From the NCBI RefSeq assembly GCF_963853765.1, contig NC_088857.1, positions 29,946,001 to 30,010,000 of the forward strand: 64,000 bases of DNA, read 5' to 3'. The notes under the pieces were generated by a model. That model saw only the letters and a program-made list of their open reading frames with translations, had not been told where the DNA came from and made no database searches. This DNA is from Magallana gigas (Eukaryota). This document shows positions 1-11,313 of this stretch, piece by piece; the first letter of the stretch is position 1, and the number at the start of each line of letters is the position of its first letter. A program made the position numbers and the translations under genes.

Positions 1-1556
1 CATGTCAGTATATATAGCAAGGGTAAATGCATGTAAAAATCATCAAAGGAGTTAATGTTTGAAACATCTTGCCATCCAGAGTTTTACAGGCATGTCATAC
101 AAAGAGTGGATGTATTGAAAAGGTATAAATATATTGGTAACTTGGGGATTTCTATAATTTTTAACTTGAGTGTTCTATGTAACGTAAGCTATTACGAAGA
201 AGTGGGGTTGCAGATTTATATATACTTTATAAAGTGGAAACGAATTTTGTTCACTATAACAGAATATCTTTCAAATAAAAAGTTTCAAATAAATCTAATA
301 CTTATACCCATTTTTGAGAGCGTAAAATGGGTTAAATAAGGCATATTCAGGTTTGTTAACAGCCACATGTCAACCATATACTACCTAGCTATATAAGTTA
401 ATTACTACTTCACTCATTCTTTTTAATTTCTACCATAACTCTTAAGTACAAAAAATATAACTAAATTCATTCCCATATACGTAATTTAATTTAACTTTAT
501 ATTGTAAAGCATTGATTGATGCATATTTGGATGGTACATTAAGTCAACTAAATTTTTTCTGAGCCAATCAAATTAATAGTACATTATTAAGCAGTATTAT
601 CAAATATTGTAAAAGGAAGTCAGCTAGAGAAAAAGCAAACAAAGGTTCAGTTAGTATAAAGCCAGAGCAGACTCAAGAAAGACAACTGTAAACAAGAGTT
701 AGATTTAATATCAGAGTTCAATGATAGAACTGTGCAATTATTTCACACAAAGCATTCACTTACAACATAAATACTTTGGCTTAATTTCTAAAAATATAAA
801 AAATAACATTTTTTTAAATATCTTTTTCTCTCTCTCTCTATCATCACTAACTTTCCTATATTAAAGTATACACTGTAATACCTAGTATCATGTTGTTTTC
901 ATATATCAAATGATAATATGTTAAAATTTAGAATATATGACTTACAATTAAAACACAATAATGATGTACCCACCCCCAGCTTTTTCCAAAAGATGTCGTT
1001 TTAAAACACCAAAGCATTGTTTAGAAGAAATGTCAGAATCATTAAATCTGTGTGATTTCTGCTAAAAATGCACGAGGAGACCATACCACATGCTCATTCA
1101 GATCAACAGACAACATTAACATGCATGTAAGTACATGTAAACCCAAAATACAATACATTATAAGTAATATAGAAGCAAATAAGTGTTGACCTTCTCCTCT
1201 AGAATCAGAGAGCAAAAACAACCAAGTCTTCTCTATAAATCAGCCAAATGTAAGACATGAGACAGATAGGATAAAGTCAAGTTATTTCCCCTTGTAATGA
1301 TTTTTGTTTTTCAGAAGAACTTTTCCTGTGAATTCCTGTTTTTCAAAATCTCATAGACATTGATTATTTTATATAATATTATGAATAAATGCTATGCTCT
1401 CTACAAAAAAGATTCAACTTGGAAGAGAATACTGAAGATGAGAAAATTAAGGTTGTTTTCGCTCTTCCTTTGTTTAAAAATTATATCAAATACAATATAA
1501 AAATACAACAGAATTACATGGAGGATATATATATTAATTCCTTGGTGTGAACTCAC

Positions 1557-1625
1557 CGAGCAATCAAAAGTTGCCGAGTCTGCTCGCTGTAGTTCCTTCT
1601 TCTCATTTTTTCCTGATCGCGGACC
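1557..1625 (-). CDS. DGKB: DGK coding exon 13 (GPRSGKNEKKELQRADSATFDCS), linker before the catalytic domain
   Basis: Acceptor caatcattgcag, donor TCG|GTGAGT; 69 nt, phase 0 to 0. The sequence is poorly conserved, so support comes from splice signals and frame. Confidence 0.72.
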
Positions 1626-1986
1626 CTGCAATGATTGTTTGTAAAGGGAAATTCTACACAATCTTACTTACTGGATTAAATATTCTGCAATTTTCTTATC
1701 AACTGACAATTAAAATACATCTAATACAAAAATATACATATATATATCAAATGTGTGTATGTTGTAAAAATAAACTCCAAATTTACTGAAAAATTCAAAG
1801 TTAACATTAATTGGATGAATAATATTAACACTATAGCTGGCATCTACATGATATAAATTAAAACTCATTCTAAAGTTTATCTATCAAAAACTTTATGATT
1901 TGCTTGGATTTAAGAACCAGCCAACCCCACAGGAAAGTGTATAGTATTTATTTCATCCTTTGTACATCCATTACTGTGGCTCTTAC

Positions 1987-2085
1987 CAGCACTGCTGGGC
2001 AGATGGACGTTGGGGGGAGGGTGTGTTCTCGGAATTCTCCCAAATCACACTCCGGCTTCACTTGTGATGTGCATTTGTTATGTAA
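1987..2085 (-). CDS. DGKB: DGK coding exon 12 ([33 protein letters not shown])
   Basis: Acceptor aacttcttgtag, donor CTG|GTAAGA; 99 nt; end of C1b. Confidence 0.95.
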
Positions 2086-2516
2086 CTACAAGAAGTTATA
2101 AAACTATATTCTATATACGTCAAATAAAATTCATGAAGTTACTACTGTTACCTTGAAATGTTAACAAGTATCAACATAATTTTTAAAATAGGTACTGCTA
2201 TAATAATGTCTAATGCATCTGATCCAATTTAAATGAGCATACAAAATATAATAATCATGGTTATGAGCTATCACCTACACATAACAGCTAAATATTAGTA
2301 AATAAACAACTTGTTAAATAGAAACTCATTAAATAAATGATTTAAAAGAAACAAACTTCAAAGGAACCATCTATATATGTAGTAGAAAAGTATTAAATAT
2401 TCTTTACACAATTTGACCCTTAACTAAATACAAATTTAATGCTTGTCAATCATTCACAGATGACATATACACTGAGAGAGAGAAAATGGGTACAGCAACT
2501 CCAACTCTTGCATTTA

Positions 2517-2735
2517 CTGTGGAATCACCCCCGTTCGTGGGGGACTGATTTTCATGGCTTTCGTGGATTCCCGGTAACTCTTGTCCACGAATTTACATCC
2601 CCACATACCATTATACAATCATTAGTTACTAAAATTTTCCCAGTTACACAACCAACTAAATTACTTCCCCACAAGGCAAGAAAAACCTTTGCTACCCATG
2701 AACACTGACCCCCACAAATAAAAATGATTCCCCAG
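2517..2735. mobile_element. TA-flanked MITE (Tc1/mariner-type ends CTGTGGAATCA...TGATTCCCCAG)
   Basis: Imperfect TIRs and TA on both sides. A related degenerate copy appears near 56095-56300. Confidence 0.7.
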
Positions 2736-2744
2736 TATACTTAC

Positions 2745-2861
2745 AGATATATGACACCATCGACAGTGCACGCCTGTTAACCCGTTGTAGGTCTTGATGG
2801 ATTTTTTACACTTGTCACACCGCCCCGGACAGTTGCCTTCCACCCAGTGATGGTTCAGTGT
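2745..2861 (-). CDS. DGKB: DGK coding exon 11, C1b ([39 protein letters not shown])
   Basis: Acceptor tttctgttttgcag, donor TCT|GTAAGT; 117 nt; HHWVEGNC motif. Confidence 0.96.
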
Positions 2862-3230
2862 CTGCAAAACAGAAACAAGTCAGATCTGAGTCAAAATTCA
2901 GACTTTCATCCATTTAGAGGTGGAAGTATATATAAAGCTTGGGACCACAACCTCTCTGTTTTTACATGTATTAAGTTCATTAAGTATTTTTGTCAAATTT
3001 TGAACGTGTAAACATTTTTCAATACTTTCAAAAAACCTTAACAGCAATAATGCATGTCTTATTAGATAGATCAATTAAGTTAAAATCAATCAGCTATGTG
3101 TAAGGCATGACTAAATATGAATAATTTAAGTCTTAAATGCTCTTCTATCTTTGTTGCTTAATACAGTAAGTAATGATACATTATTATAGTCTTTTAAGCT
3201 TTTATGTCTTTCTCTGCTGTTTTGAAAATA

Positions 3231-3235
<5 letters not shown>

Positions 3236-3264
<29 letters not shown>
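3236..3264. repeat. (CT)n microsatellite
   Basis: Direct reading. Confidence 0.95.
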
Positions 3265-3267
<3 letters not shown>

Positions 3268-4819
3268 GTGATGAAATATTTCAATTACTTAATTTTTCAT
3301 TTTAAATCACAAACATTTCACAGACATTTTCTTTTTTACCTAACTTGCATATGACATTACAAAATTTTTCATCACAATTATCTGGCAGAAATAAAAATCA
3401 AATCTTTAATAATCATTATCAAATTGAAATCTTTTATTTATTTATCTGAATCTCCAGGGATTCTTACACAACATATCATAACAAAGAAATAATAAAGAGT
3501 CCAAGACACCCTTCACCAATTATGCACAATATTTGCCCAAGGCCTGGGATTGATGCATTCTCTTTTTTTTCTTAATGTAATGGTATGCAATGGGATTTTT
3601 AATGCAACCTTTTGAAAACTGAAGTGCATTAAGAAAAAGCTTATATTAAAATTATTGTGTCACTATAGATGTTAGTGAAAATACTCATATCAATGATGAT
3701 TGAAAGAAAGGGAGAAGAAACTAAAGAAAAGTTCCAAAACCAAGCGATATGTATAGATAACGTGTTCTCTTAAAATTGAAAATCAAATAATGCATTGTAC
3801 ATATCTCATGCTATTAACTACAAAATTGAATAAAACAAAAACAATTGATAATATAATAACTTGGCATGAGGTCTTAAAACTTTTAAAACAAGAAGAACTT
3901 CTAAAAATTACTCTAACATGTACTGTAAAATGCTCGTAAATTTATGCACTCAAAATCTGGCTTAGACATCCCCTTTCAACTAATTTGTATTTCTTTTAAC
4001 AGCATATACATGTAAGGATTAATTTACTTTAATTAGCAGTTAATAAGCACAGCACAATATGCATGAAAACATGATTACAGCTAAACTCTATGGGTTTTGC
4101 AGTATTCATTTACTGCAGCAATGCATGGTTAAAATGATTTTTACAATAATTTTACAAAATGATTTAACAATTTCTATAAACTGATCAAAATATGATTTAG
4201 TTTTCACAAATTACTTACTCAGAATACTGGTTTTTATTAAAATGCATTTCTTTGCATCTGTGTACATGTATATGAAAAATTAGGTTTTTGTATAATTTTA
4301 AATGAATCAAAAGAGTTTGCGAGTGAAAGTCCTTCACCATGAAATTGATAGGGATGCAGTAGACAAAAAATCCAAAGGCATGAAATTGGATATGTTTGAT
4401 GCTCTGTATTTAATTATGACCTGTTTTATACATATCAATTTTCATCTTAAGTTTACAATTTTGAAGCTTATATTTTTGACTCCAGCACAGAAACTTGTCA
4501 CAATTAAAGGATTCAAAATCATTTAGTCATTTTATGGTAACTTGCTGTTCCCAATCATGAGATAATTAATCTCAATCTAAAGATATTTCTAGAATTTACA
4601 AATGAGTTCAAGACTAAAAAGAAATTCATTTGATCCAAATTTTATCTCTTCAACACTCTAAAAGAATTCCCAATTATTTTTTAGGCTATCCAGTTTAATA
4701 TATTTCATGTATAAAACTAAACACATACACACACCATCGTTCATATCAATGAGAGTTGTCAATTTATAAACCACTGATTTGTTACTTTTTCATGGCATAG
4801 ATATATCATGCAAAAGGTA

Positions 4820-5025
4820 CTGTTAACCAATTTTTATTCGCTTGCAAGAAATTTTCATGTGGTTAGCGAGAGCTTCTTCATCGCGAATATTTTTTGCCAC
4901 AAAACCGGTCCTTGTCATTTCATTGGGTCTGAATAAGGTTAGTTCACTAAAATTAGTCATCGCAAACCAGTTTATCCGAAGTAAATCGCGAAATAAAGAC
5001 ATTACGAATAAAAGTAGGTTTACAG
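4820..5025. mobile_element. TA-flanked MITE (CTGTTAACC...GGTTTACAG)
   Basis: TIRs, TA flanks and a CpG-rich interior unlike the surrounding intron. Confidence 0.7.
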
Positions 5026-5295
5026 TATTTACATGATAATGAAACAGCAAGGTAACCGGAAAATTCACACTTCAAAAACTTCAATTGACTGTTTCCAAGC
5101 ATTGGTTTTTAACTACCAGTAACCTCATCCCAAACCACAACATTGATGTGTATATAAATACATTTATATATTTCCACAGAAAGAAACCAAAAGCAAGGCA
5201 TTCAAGAAGAAAAAATAATATTCTCAACCAAAAATAAAAATGTAATGATAAATGCATTAATCTATGATTTGCTGAACTAGAGCGAGTGAATTTAC

Positions 5296-5307
5296 CTGTG
5301 GGCGATC
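5296..5307 (-). CDS. DGKB: Candidate 12-nt DGK microexon (DRPQ)
   Basis: cctccttcgttaccacag|GATCGCCCACAG|gtaaat, phase 0 to 0, inside a phase-0 intron. Supported by splice signals only. Confidence 0.5.
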
Positions 5308-6277
5308 CTGTGGTAACGAAGGAGGTGTAAGTTAATGGCAATATGATCAAGTAGATTCAAAACAAAAGCACAAGGCAAGTACCAGACCAAGGACCAGATA
5401 TGAGTTGTTTCTTTCTTCTAAATAATTAAAATACCAGTAGGCTTCACTATCATTAACAAAATATATGCACCGCATTTCTGACTTCTTCATCATATCTCAT
5501 ATTATGCTACCAGTAGATTTTATGCATCGGACAGTCACAAAAAAAATTGTATTGAATGAAAAGATTTTCAGAAACGACTCATATGACCTTGAGGGTACTT
5601 GCATATGATAAGTAAATTCACTACATGGATTACATGTAGAAAGTGAAGTTATCAACAGAAAATCATATTTTATAATGGAGAAGTCAATAATAGAGATAGC
5701 TAGCTGGCACAGAACACTTAAACTGAATGATGTTAGAGAAACACAGTCTAGCTGTTCCAAAAGCACAAAATACATTGCCTTTTGTCTAGCATACATGTAC
5801 TAGCATACATGCTTGTAATTAAAATAATTAATATTTTGAAAAGAAAAAAAAGTACTAAGTAGTTATGAGTTGTGATTTTAAAATCCTACGGAAAATAAGT
5901 ACCGTGTGTGAACAGATTTTTAATTTGATGAGAAGGCAGGATGATTGAAAGAACTTGTAACTACATCATTTGTGTTATATGTATGGCATATATCCTTAAT
6001 GAATAAACATAAAAAGTTTGCATTTAAAATCCATATTCTGTTTTGATAGCTCTCCACCAAGAGGTTAAACAAAGTTTTTCAGTGTTGAATGCATCAAGTA
6101 GAAAAAAAAATTCTTCGAATTAAGGGTTACTTATAAAAAGATTTTCTATTAATATGAATATAACACAAATGAGATTCTATGGTAAAACTCCCCTACATAA
6201 GTAGCAAGTGCATGGTTGCTAAGATACTTGTATATCCGTGCGATTGGCTGTGTGCCTGTGTCAGTGGCGTGACATAC

Positions 6278-6366
6278 CTGAGGGGTTCTCTTAGATTTGA
6301 CGTACGTCGTTATACAGCACGCTGGCGCCCTCTGTACACATCTCTCATGCACTGTGTATTTACAGA
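6278..6366 (-). CDS. DGKB: DGK coding exon 10, C1a second half ([30 protein letters not shown])
   Basis: Acceptor ctatttgacag, donor CAG|GTATGT; 89 nt, phase 1 to 0. Confidence 0.96.
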
Positions 6367-6625
6367 CTGTCAAATAGATAAATTTAAATTAATAGATAAA
6401 TTAAATAGATAAATTTTCATAGAATACTTGTCTTAATAGGAAAATACAAAAATTCATTAGCTAATTTTCAATCCTCCATCATTTTTTCTTCCTTATAAAC
6501 AAAATATAAACCACATAAAGCATCTGGTGGACAAGCAGAACACATCCATTTACATGTATGGCAGTTCCAAAGCCCCACCTTTATTTACTTGTAAAGAGCA
6601 AAACTGTTCCCAAAACCCAGCCTTT

Positions 6626-7165
6626 CTTACATGTATTTATTTACCTAAATCCATTACTTACATGTACAACACAGCCCCTGCTTGCCCTCACTTACATGTA
6701 CAAACAGTTCCTGTTTCCCCTTACTTACATGTACAACACAGCCCCTGCTTGCCCTCACTTACATGTACAACACAGTCCCTGTATCCCCCCTACTTATATG
6801 TACAACACAGCCCCTGCTTGCCCTCACTTACATGTACAACACAGTCCCTGTATCCCCCCTACTTATATGTACAACACAGCCCCTGCTTGCCCTCCCTTAC
6901 ATGTACAACACAGCCCCTGCTTGCCCTCACTTACATGTACAAACAGTTCCTGTTTCCCCTTACTTACATGTACAACACAGTCCCTGTTTCCCCTTACTTA
7001 CATGTACAACACAGTCCCTGTATCCCCCCTACTTACATGTACAACACAGCCCCTGCTTGGCCTCACTTACATGTACAACACAGTCCCTGTTTCCCCCATA
7101 CTTACATGTACAACACAGTCCCTGTATTCCCCCTACTTACATGTACAACACAGTCCCTGTTTGCC
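6626..7165. repeat. 33-35 bp minisatellite made of the exon 9 3' end plus its splice donor, about 15 copies
   Basis: Unit CTTACATGTACAACACAG(C/T)CCCTG... starts at 6657, 6691, 6724, 6758, 6793, 6827, 6862, 6896, 6930, 6963, 6997, 7032, 7066, 7101 and 7136; partial copy at 6626. Confidence 0.97.
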
Positions 7166-7267
7166 AAGCCCCACCAGGAGGTTGAGACAGAGATTACAGT
7201 ATGCTGGTTTTAATTTGTAGTTAAAATGCTTTAATCTCCATGTGTGTGTTCCATCATCTTTGACATT
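7141..7267 (-). CDS. DGKB: DGK coding exon 9, C1a first half ([42 protein letters not shown])
   Basis: Acceptor tttttatttgtag, donor CAT|GTAAGT; 127 nt, phase 0 to 1; C1 HxW/F...CxxC pattern. Confidence 0.95.
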
Positions 7268-7895
7268 CTACAAATAAAAAATTATATCAAAATTTACTGG
7301 TATCCTACTAACATAATTTTAACTTTGATGAAAAAATATTTGAATAATTAGTTAAACATAAAAAACTGTTATGGCTAAAATTGATTATTCATACAACAGT
7401 AAGAGGAACTGTGCTCCGTATGAAAATAGCACACATACAATAGTCTTGAGAATTAACATAATTATTACAATAATTGCATAAATCAGTTGCAAATTCGAGT
7501 GAATGTAAATTATTTTTATCAATTATGAACTCAGAAAGACATTTGTTTTAATTCTTTTTGAAGATGTATTTTTTCTTTTCAAATTTATGTAATTTATGCA
7601 GATTTCATGTGATGCAGTTATCTGTATACATGACTATATAAGAGGATCTCAATCTGACCACTGTTAACCAACATGTTTTTATATGTGGGAAAATTCTTGC
7701 GAGTTTCAACATGATTTTGTTGTTTCAAAAATTTCTTGCCCCAAACCTGCTCTTTATTTTTTTAAATTCATAACCATTGGCTTAGTTAAAAAACTAATCT
7801 TCCTGAACAAGTTAATCACAACTAGGTATATAGCAAAACCAAGTCATTGTGAATTTTACTTGGTTTGACAGTATCTTCCGGTGTGCTTGACTTAC

Positions 7896-8015
7896 GGTGT
7901 CGAGGCCCAGCAAGACTAGCAGTGGAATGGTGGTCAGGCCCCCCCTCTTCCACTCCTCCAGTGATACAGTACCGTCAGAGTCATAGTCTATCTCCTTCAA
8001 CAAGTCTTGTAGAAT
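7896..8015 (-). CDS. DGKB: DGK coding exon 8, EF-hand 2 ([40 protein letters not shown])
   Basis: Acceptor gttattacag, donor ACC|GTAAGT; 120 nt; within ORF 7812..8084. Confidence 0.96.
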
Positions 8016-9045
8016 CTGTAATAACATTAATATTAGGCAAATATAAAATAAAATAGTAAATTTGTGTTCTGCATATTGAAACATATCTTATTTTTAGGGA
8101 TATATGTCAAGGATCTAGATATCTACATTTAGATAAAATTCGTAAATATATAAAAATGAAACAGATGTGTGTGGTTAATTTTGTAATTTCCATACAACTA
8201 TGTGGGTGATAAACTGCTGTGCACTGACTTATATATATATATATATATTATCACAAACAACAACGCCCTGCATCGATCAACATGCAGAAAACAGACCATT
8301 TCTGTGTCACCAATATCAAGGATACGTAAAGCCATTAAATGCCAAGCTGTTACTAAAATCATAGCAACTGCAAGTCCTTGATTGTTGCTCGATTGATGCT
8401 CCAATATCAGTATCTTAACAAGCTGCTCATCATTGCATCACGTGCAACTGAACTTCAGTATCTTAAAATAGCATATCAAAGTGAATTTGAAGTCCCAACT
8501 GCAAGTTTTTTTTAACCCTCAATATCTCAAATCCTTTAACCTCAAAGACTCTACACACTTCTGCATGCAGTACCATAAACACAATGTGGGCTTCAATATT
8601 TAATAAACCATGCAGTTGATGCATACATGAAAATTTAAAATATATATACATGTACATGTATTGGAAGTCTCTTTGTGCCTTGAGCTTCACTTAAATTGCT
8701 TTTTCTACTAAGTTGCTGCAGATTATCAAACATTTCTTGCATTTTTTGTTTCGCTGACTCTGTCTGAATGGATAACTTCGGAAGACATTGTCATTGCATC
8801 CTAACACATCTTTTTTTTAAATTAGCCAAAGAAAATGTCCGTAGCACAAATACACGGTCACTCAAAATATGTTTTTCCTTTAATTAGAGCTTACTTTATC
8901 CATCATACTCACCAACATATGTTACATCCATAAATGTTTAAACACTATCTATCCAACTGACCATCTTCTACCTGATAAGAACTCAGACTAATTACAGTAG
9001 ATAATATTTTTTACCAAAAGACCATGATACATGTAATATACTTAC

Positions 9046-9120
9046 AGGTTTTAGTTCACTAACGTCCCAGCCTAAGTTTTCTGCTACCGACATCATTTGA
9101 TTCACTATACAATCTAGTTC
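9046..9120 (-). CDS. DGKB: DGK coding exon 7 (ELDCIVNQMMSVAENLGWDVSELKP)
   Basis: Acceptor tttcttccaacag, donor CCT|GTAAGT; 75 nt, phase 0 to 0. Confidence 0.95.
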
Positions 9121-9583
9121 CTGTTGGAAGAAATCGGAGACATATTGCCACAAGTACACTCAATCCATACTGTTCATTTTCAATGCCCCTTACTGGGCCC
9201 TTGAAAACCCACACATATAAGGCAGATTAAACACAGCAACAAAATTTTATCATTATAACCCCCCCCCCCCCCCCCCTTTATTTTAAATCCGAAAAATGTA
9301 AGCAATAGACAGTAGATTGACTAATTTCTTATTTTTCTTCTAAAAAATATATATTAAAAAAAAAAATTTAATATTCAATAAATTTTATGCTTTGCTGAAA
9401 TTTTTTAATGAATTTATTACTTAGGAGTTAAAGACCAATATTAGTATTAATATATTAAATGAAATAAATGTTTACATATTGCAAGGTAAGAAGTATGAAA
9501 TAATAATAATCATAAAAAAAAATACATGAATTTAAAAATAATCACAATCATCCGGATGTTTAGCAAATGAGGTTCATACTTAC

Positions 9584-9633
9584 ACTAGCATCTAGTAAGC
9601 CATTGCCATCTGTATCGTACAACCTAAACATGA
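9584..9633 (-). CDS. DGKB: DGK coding exon 6, EF-hand 1 (FMFRLYDTDGNGLLDAS)
   Basis: Acceptor tctactttgcag, donor AGT|GTAAGT; 50 nt; canonical EF-hand loop DTDGNGLLD. Confidence 0.95.
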
Positions 9634-9720
9634 CTGCAAAGTAGAAACAGTAAGCTTGTTAGATTTATTCATTTTACCAAAGATTAAATTTCTTTTACAT
9701 TATTTATTCAAATAAAATAA

Positions 9721-9931
9721 CTGTAAATTCCTTATTTCATGCGAGTACTTAATTGCGCGATTCTGCCGTTTTGTATCAAATCGTGAGAAACTATATTACC
9801 GTAAACGCGATGACCAACTTTTGTTATTAAATTCTATATTTGAAAACTGTCTGAAAAATAAAAGCAAGACTTTAAAATTCTTGCGATTTTATGCAGAAAT
9901 TAATTTCTCTCGTTTAATCAGGAATATACAG
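9721..9931. mobile_element. MITE with CTGTAAATTCC...GGAATATACAG ends
   Basis: Terminal inverted repeats; TA at the right end. Confidence 0.65.
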
Positions 9932-10964
9932 TATATTAATTTGAAGTTAACAAAATATCAATTATACATAGAATACATTATAGCAAAAAATTCCTAGATA
10001 AACATTATATTTACATGTAGTTCATTTTCAGTTCATGTGAACTAGATTTACATACAGATGTACTAAGACAAGGCAGAAAGTTGAGAGGTATATGAAATTA
10101 TAGTATCTATACTGTAATTGTTAATTATCACAGGAAAGAAATCAGATCCCTGTACATAAAATGTAATTACATTTTAGAACTTGATAAACAGAGAGAACTA
10201 ATGACAATAATATATAAACGGGCATTCAATTCCTCTTTAATCAAACTGAAAAATCTCTCTTCACACATCACACAAACCAATCCCCTAGAACGCACATTGA
10301 TTAACCCTTATTGAAAGTGTTCTTATTAAACTGCTATAAATCTTGGCCCGTGAAATTATTTTCTCACAGACAACCCGTATGTTTGACATCATTTTGAATT
10401 GCCTTGCCGTTGAGTAACCTCCCAAAGTCTCAAAATAAACTTGACTAATAACAGTGTTAGAGCAAGCCGATCAATAGACTGGGGGACTGTGATGATGTCA
10501 TCACTATTTTGAATGACTCAGTGACCCCGCGTGTCTGTCATTCATTCCTTTACGTATAAAATTATCATTAATTTTAACGGCATGATGACGTCAAATAGCT
10601 GGTTGCTATCAAAAATAAAACTCAATGTGGGTAAAAGCATTAATTGTCTTAATTATACTAAGGCAAATATGCCTTTTAATCATATTAGGTTCCGCCCTCA
10701 CCTTTATAAGAATGATGGTAGATTAGCTTACTATTATTAGAAAGGCATAATTCGATCTATCTACAGAATTTTCATACTTAATGACCATATAATAAGTTTT
10801 AGCCACAACCCCACCCAGATTCTTATGGTTTAAACATATTCATTAATTTTACAAATATGTCTCATGTTGTATATATTTAACCATCTTCATCTCATAAAGT
10901 ATTGTACACCTTATTTTCGCTCTGTAATTTTTGCCCTTCTACATGCATTGGCAAACAGTTTTGT

Positions 10965-11313
10965 TTAAGGTGCCTCACTACACCTTGAAATAGTTTCTCA
11001 TATCAGCAAAAAATTACTTGATTATGATAGAAAGCATGATGGATAAGAAGTATATTTATTAAATAGGCGAAAAAATGTGCAATTTTAGATAAAAATGGTA
11101 TTTTCAAAAATTTCATTCAGTAAGCATAAACAAAAGCCCCAGGTGGATTCGAACTCATGACCTGCGGTTCACAAGCCTCATACTTTAACCACTGAGCTAT
11201 GACGATACACATCTGAATCGATTGATACAGTTAGTTTAACAAAACATTTAAATCGCCATCTTGTGACGTAGTGTCTTAAAAAGTATAAGTCTCAGTGTAG
11301 TGAAGTACCTTAA
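10965..11313. mobile_element. TTAA-flanked non-autonomous DNA transposon (Kolobok/piggyBac-like target) carrying a tRNA-like cassette
   Basis: TTAAGGTGCCTCACTACAC ... GTGTAGTGAAGTACCTTAA, 17 of 19 positions inverted match. Confidence 0.75.
11135..11206 (-). pseudogene. tRNA-derived (Thr-TGT-like) sequence inside a transposon; not a functional tRNA call
   Basis: Minus strand ATAGCTCAGTGGTTAAAGTATGAGGCTTGTGAACCGCAGGTCATGAGTTCGAATCCACCTGGGGCT has an A box and a B box, but the acceptor and anticodon stems are degraded. Confidence 0.6.

Noticed and set aside
1192-1199. Possible microexon AGGAGAAG on the minus strand
   Set aside because: 8 nt is not frame-preserving and the donor GTCAAC is weak.
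6527-7220. Three long plus-strand ORFs (228, 220 and 167 aa)
   Set aside because: They are translations of minisatellite array 1, whose plus strand lacks stop codons, and they are antisense to a DGK exon and intron.
11135-11206. Functional tRNA gene
   Set aside because: Acceptor and anticodon stems do not pair well and it lies inside a TIR element; kept only as a tRNA-derived cassette.
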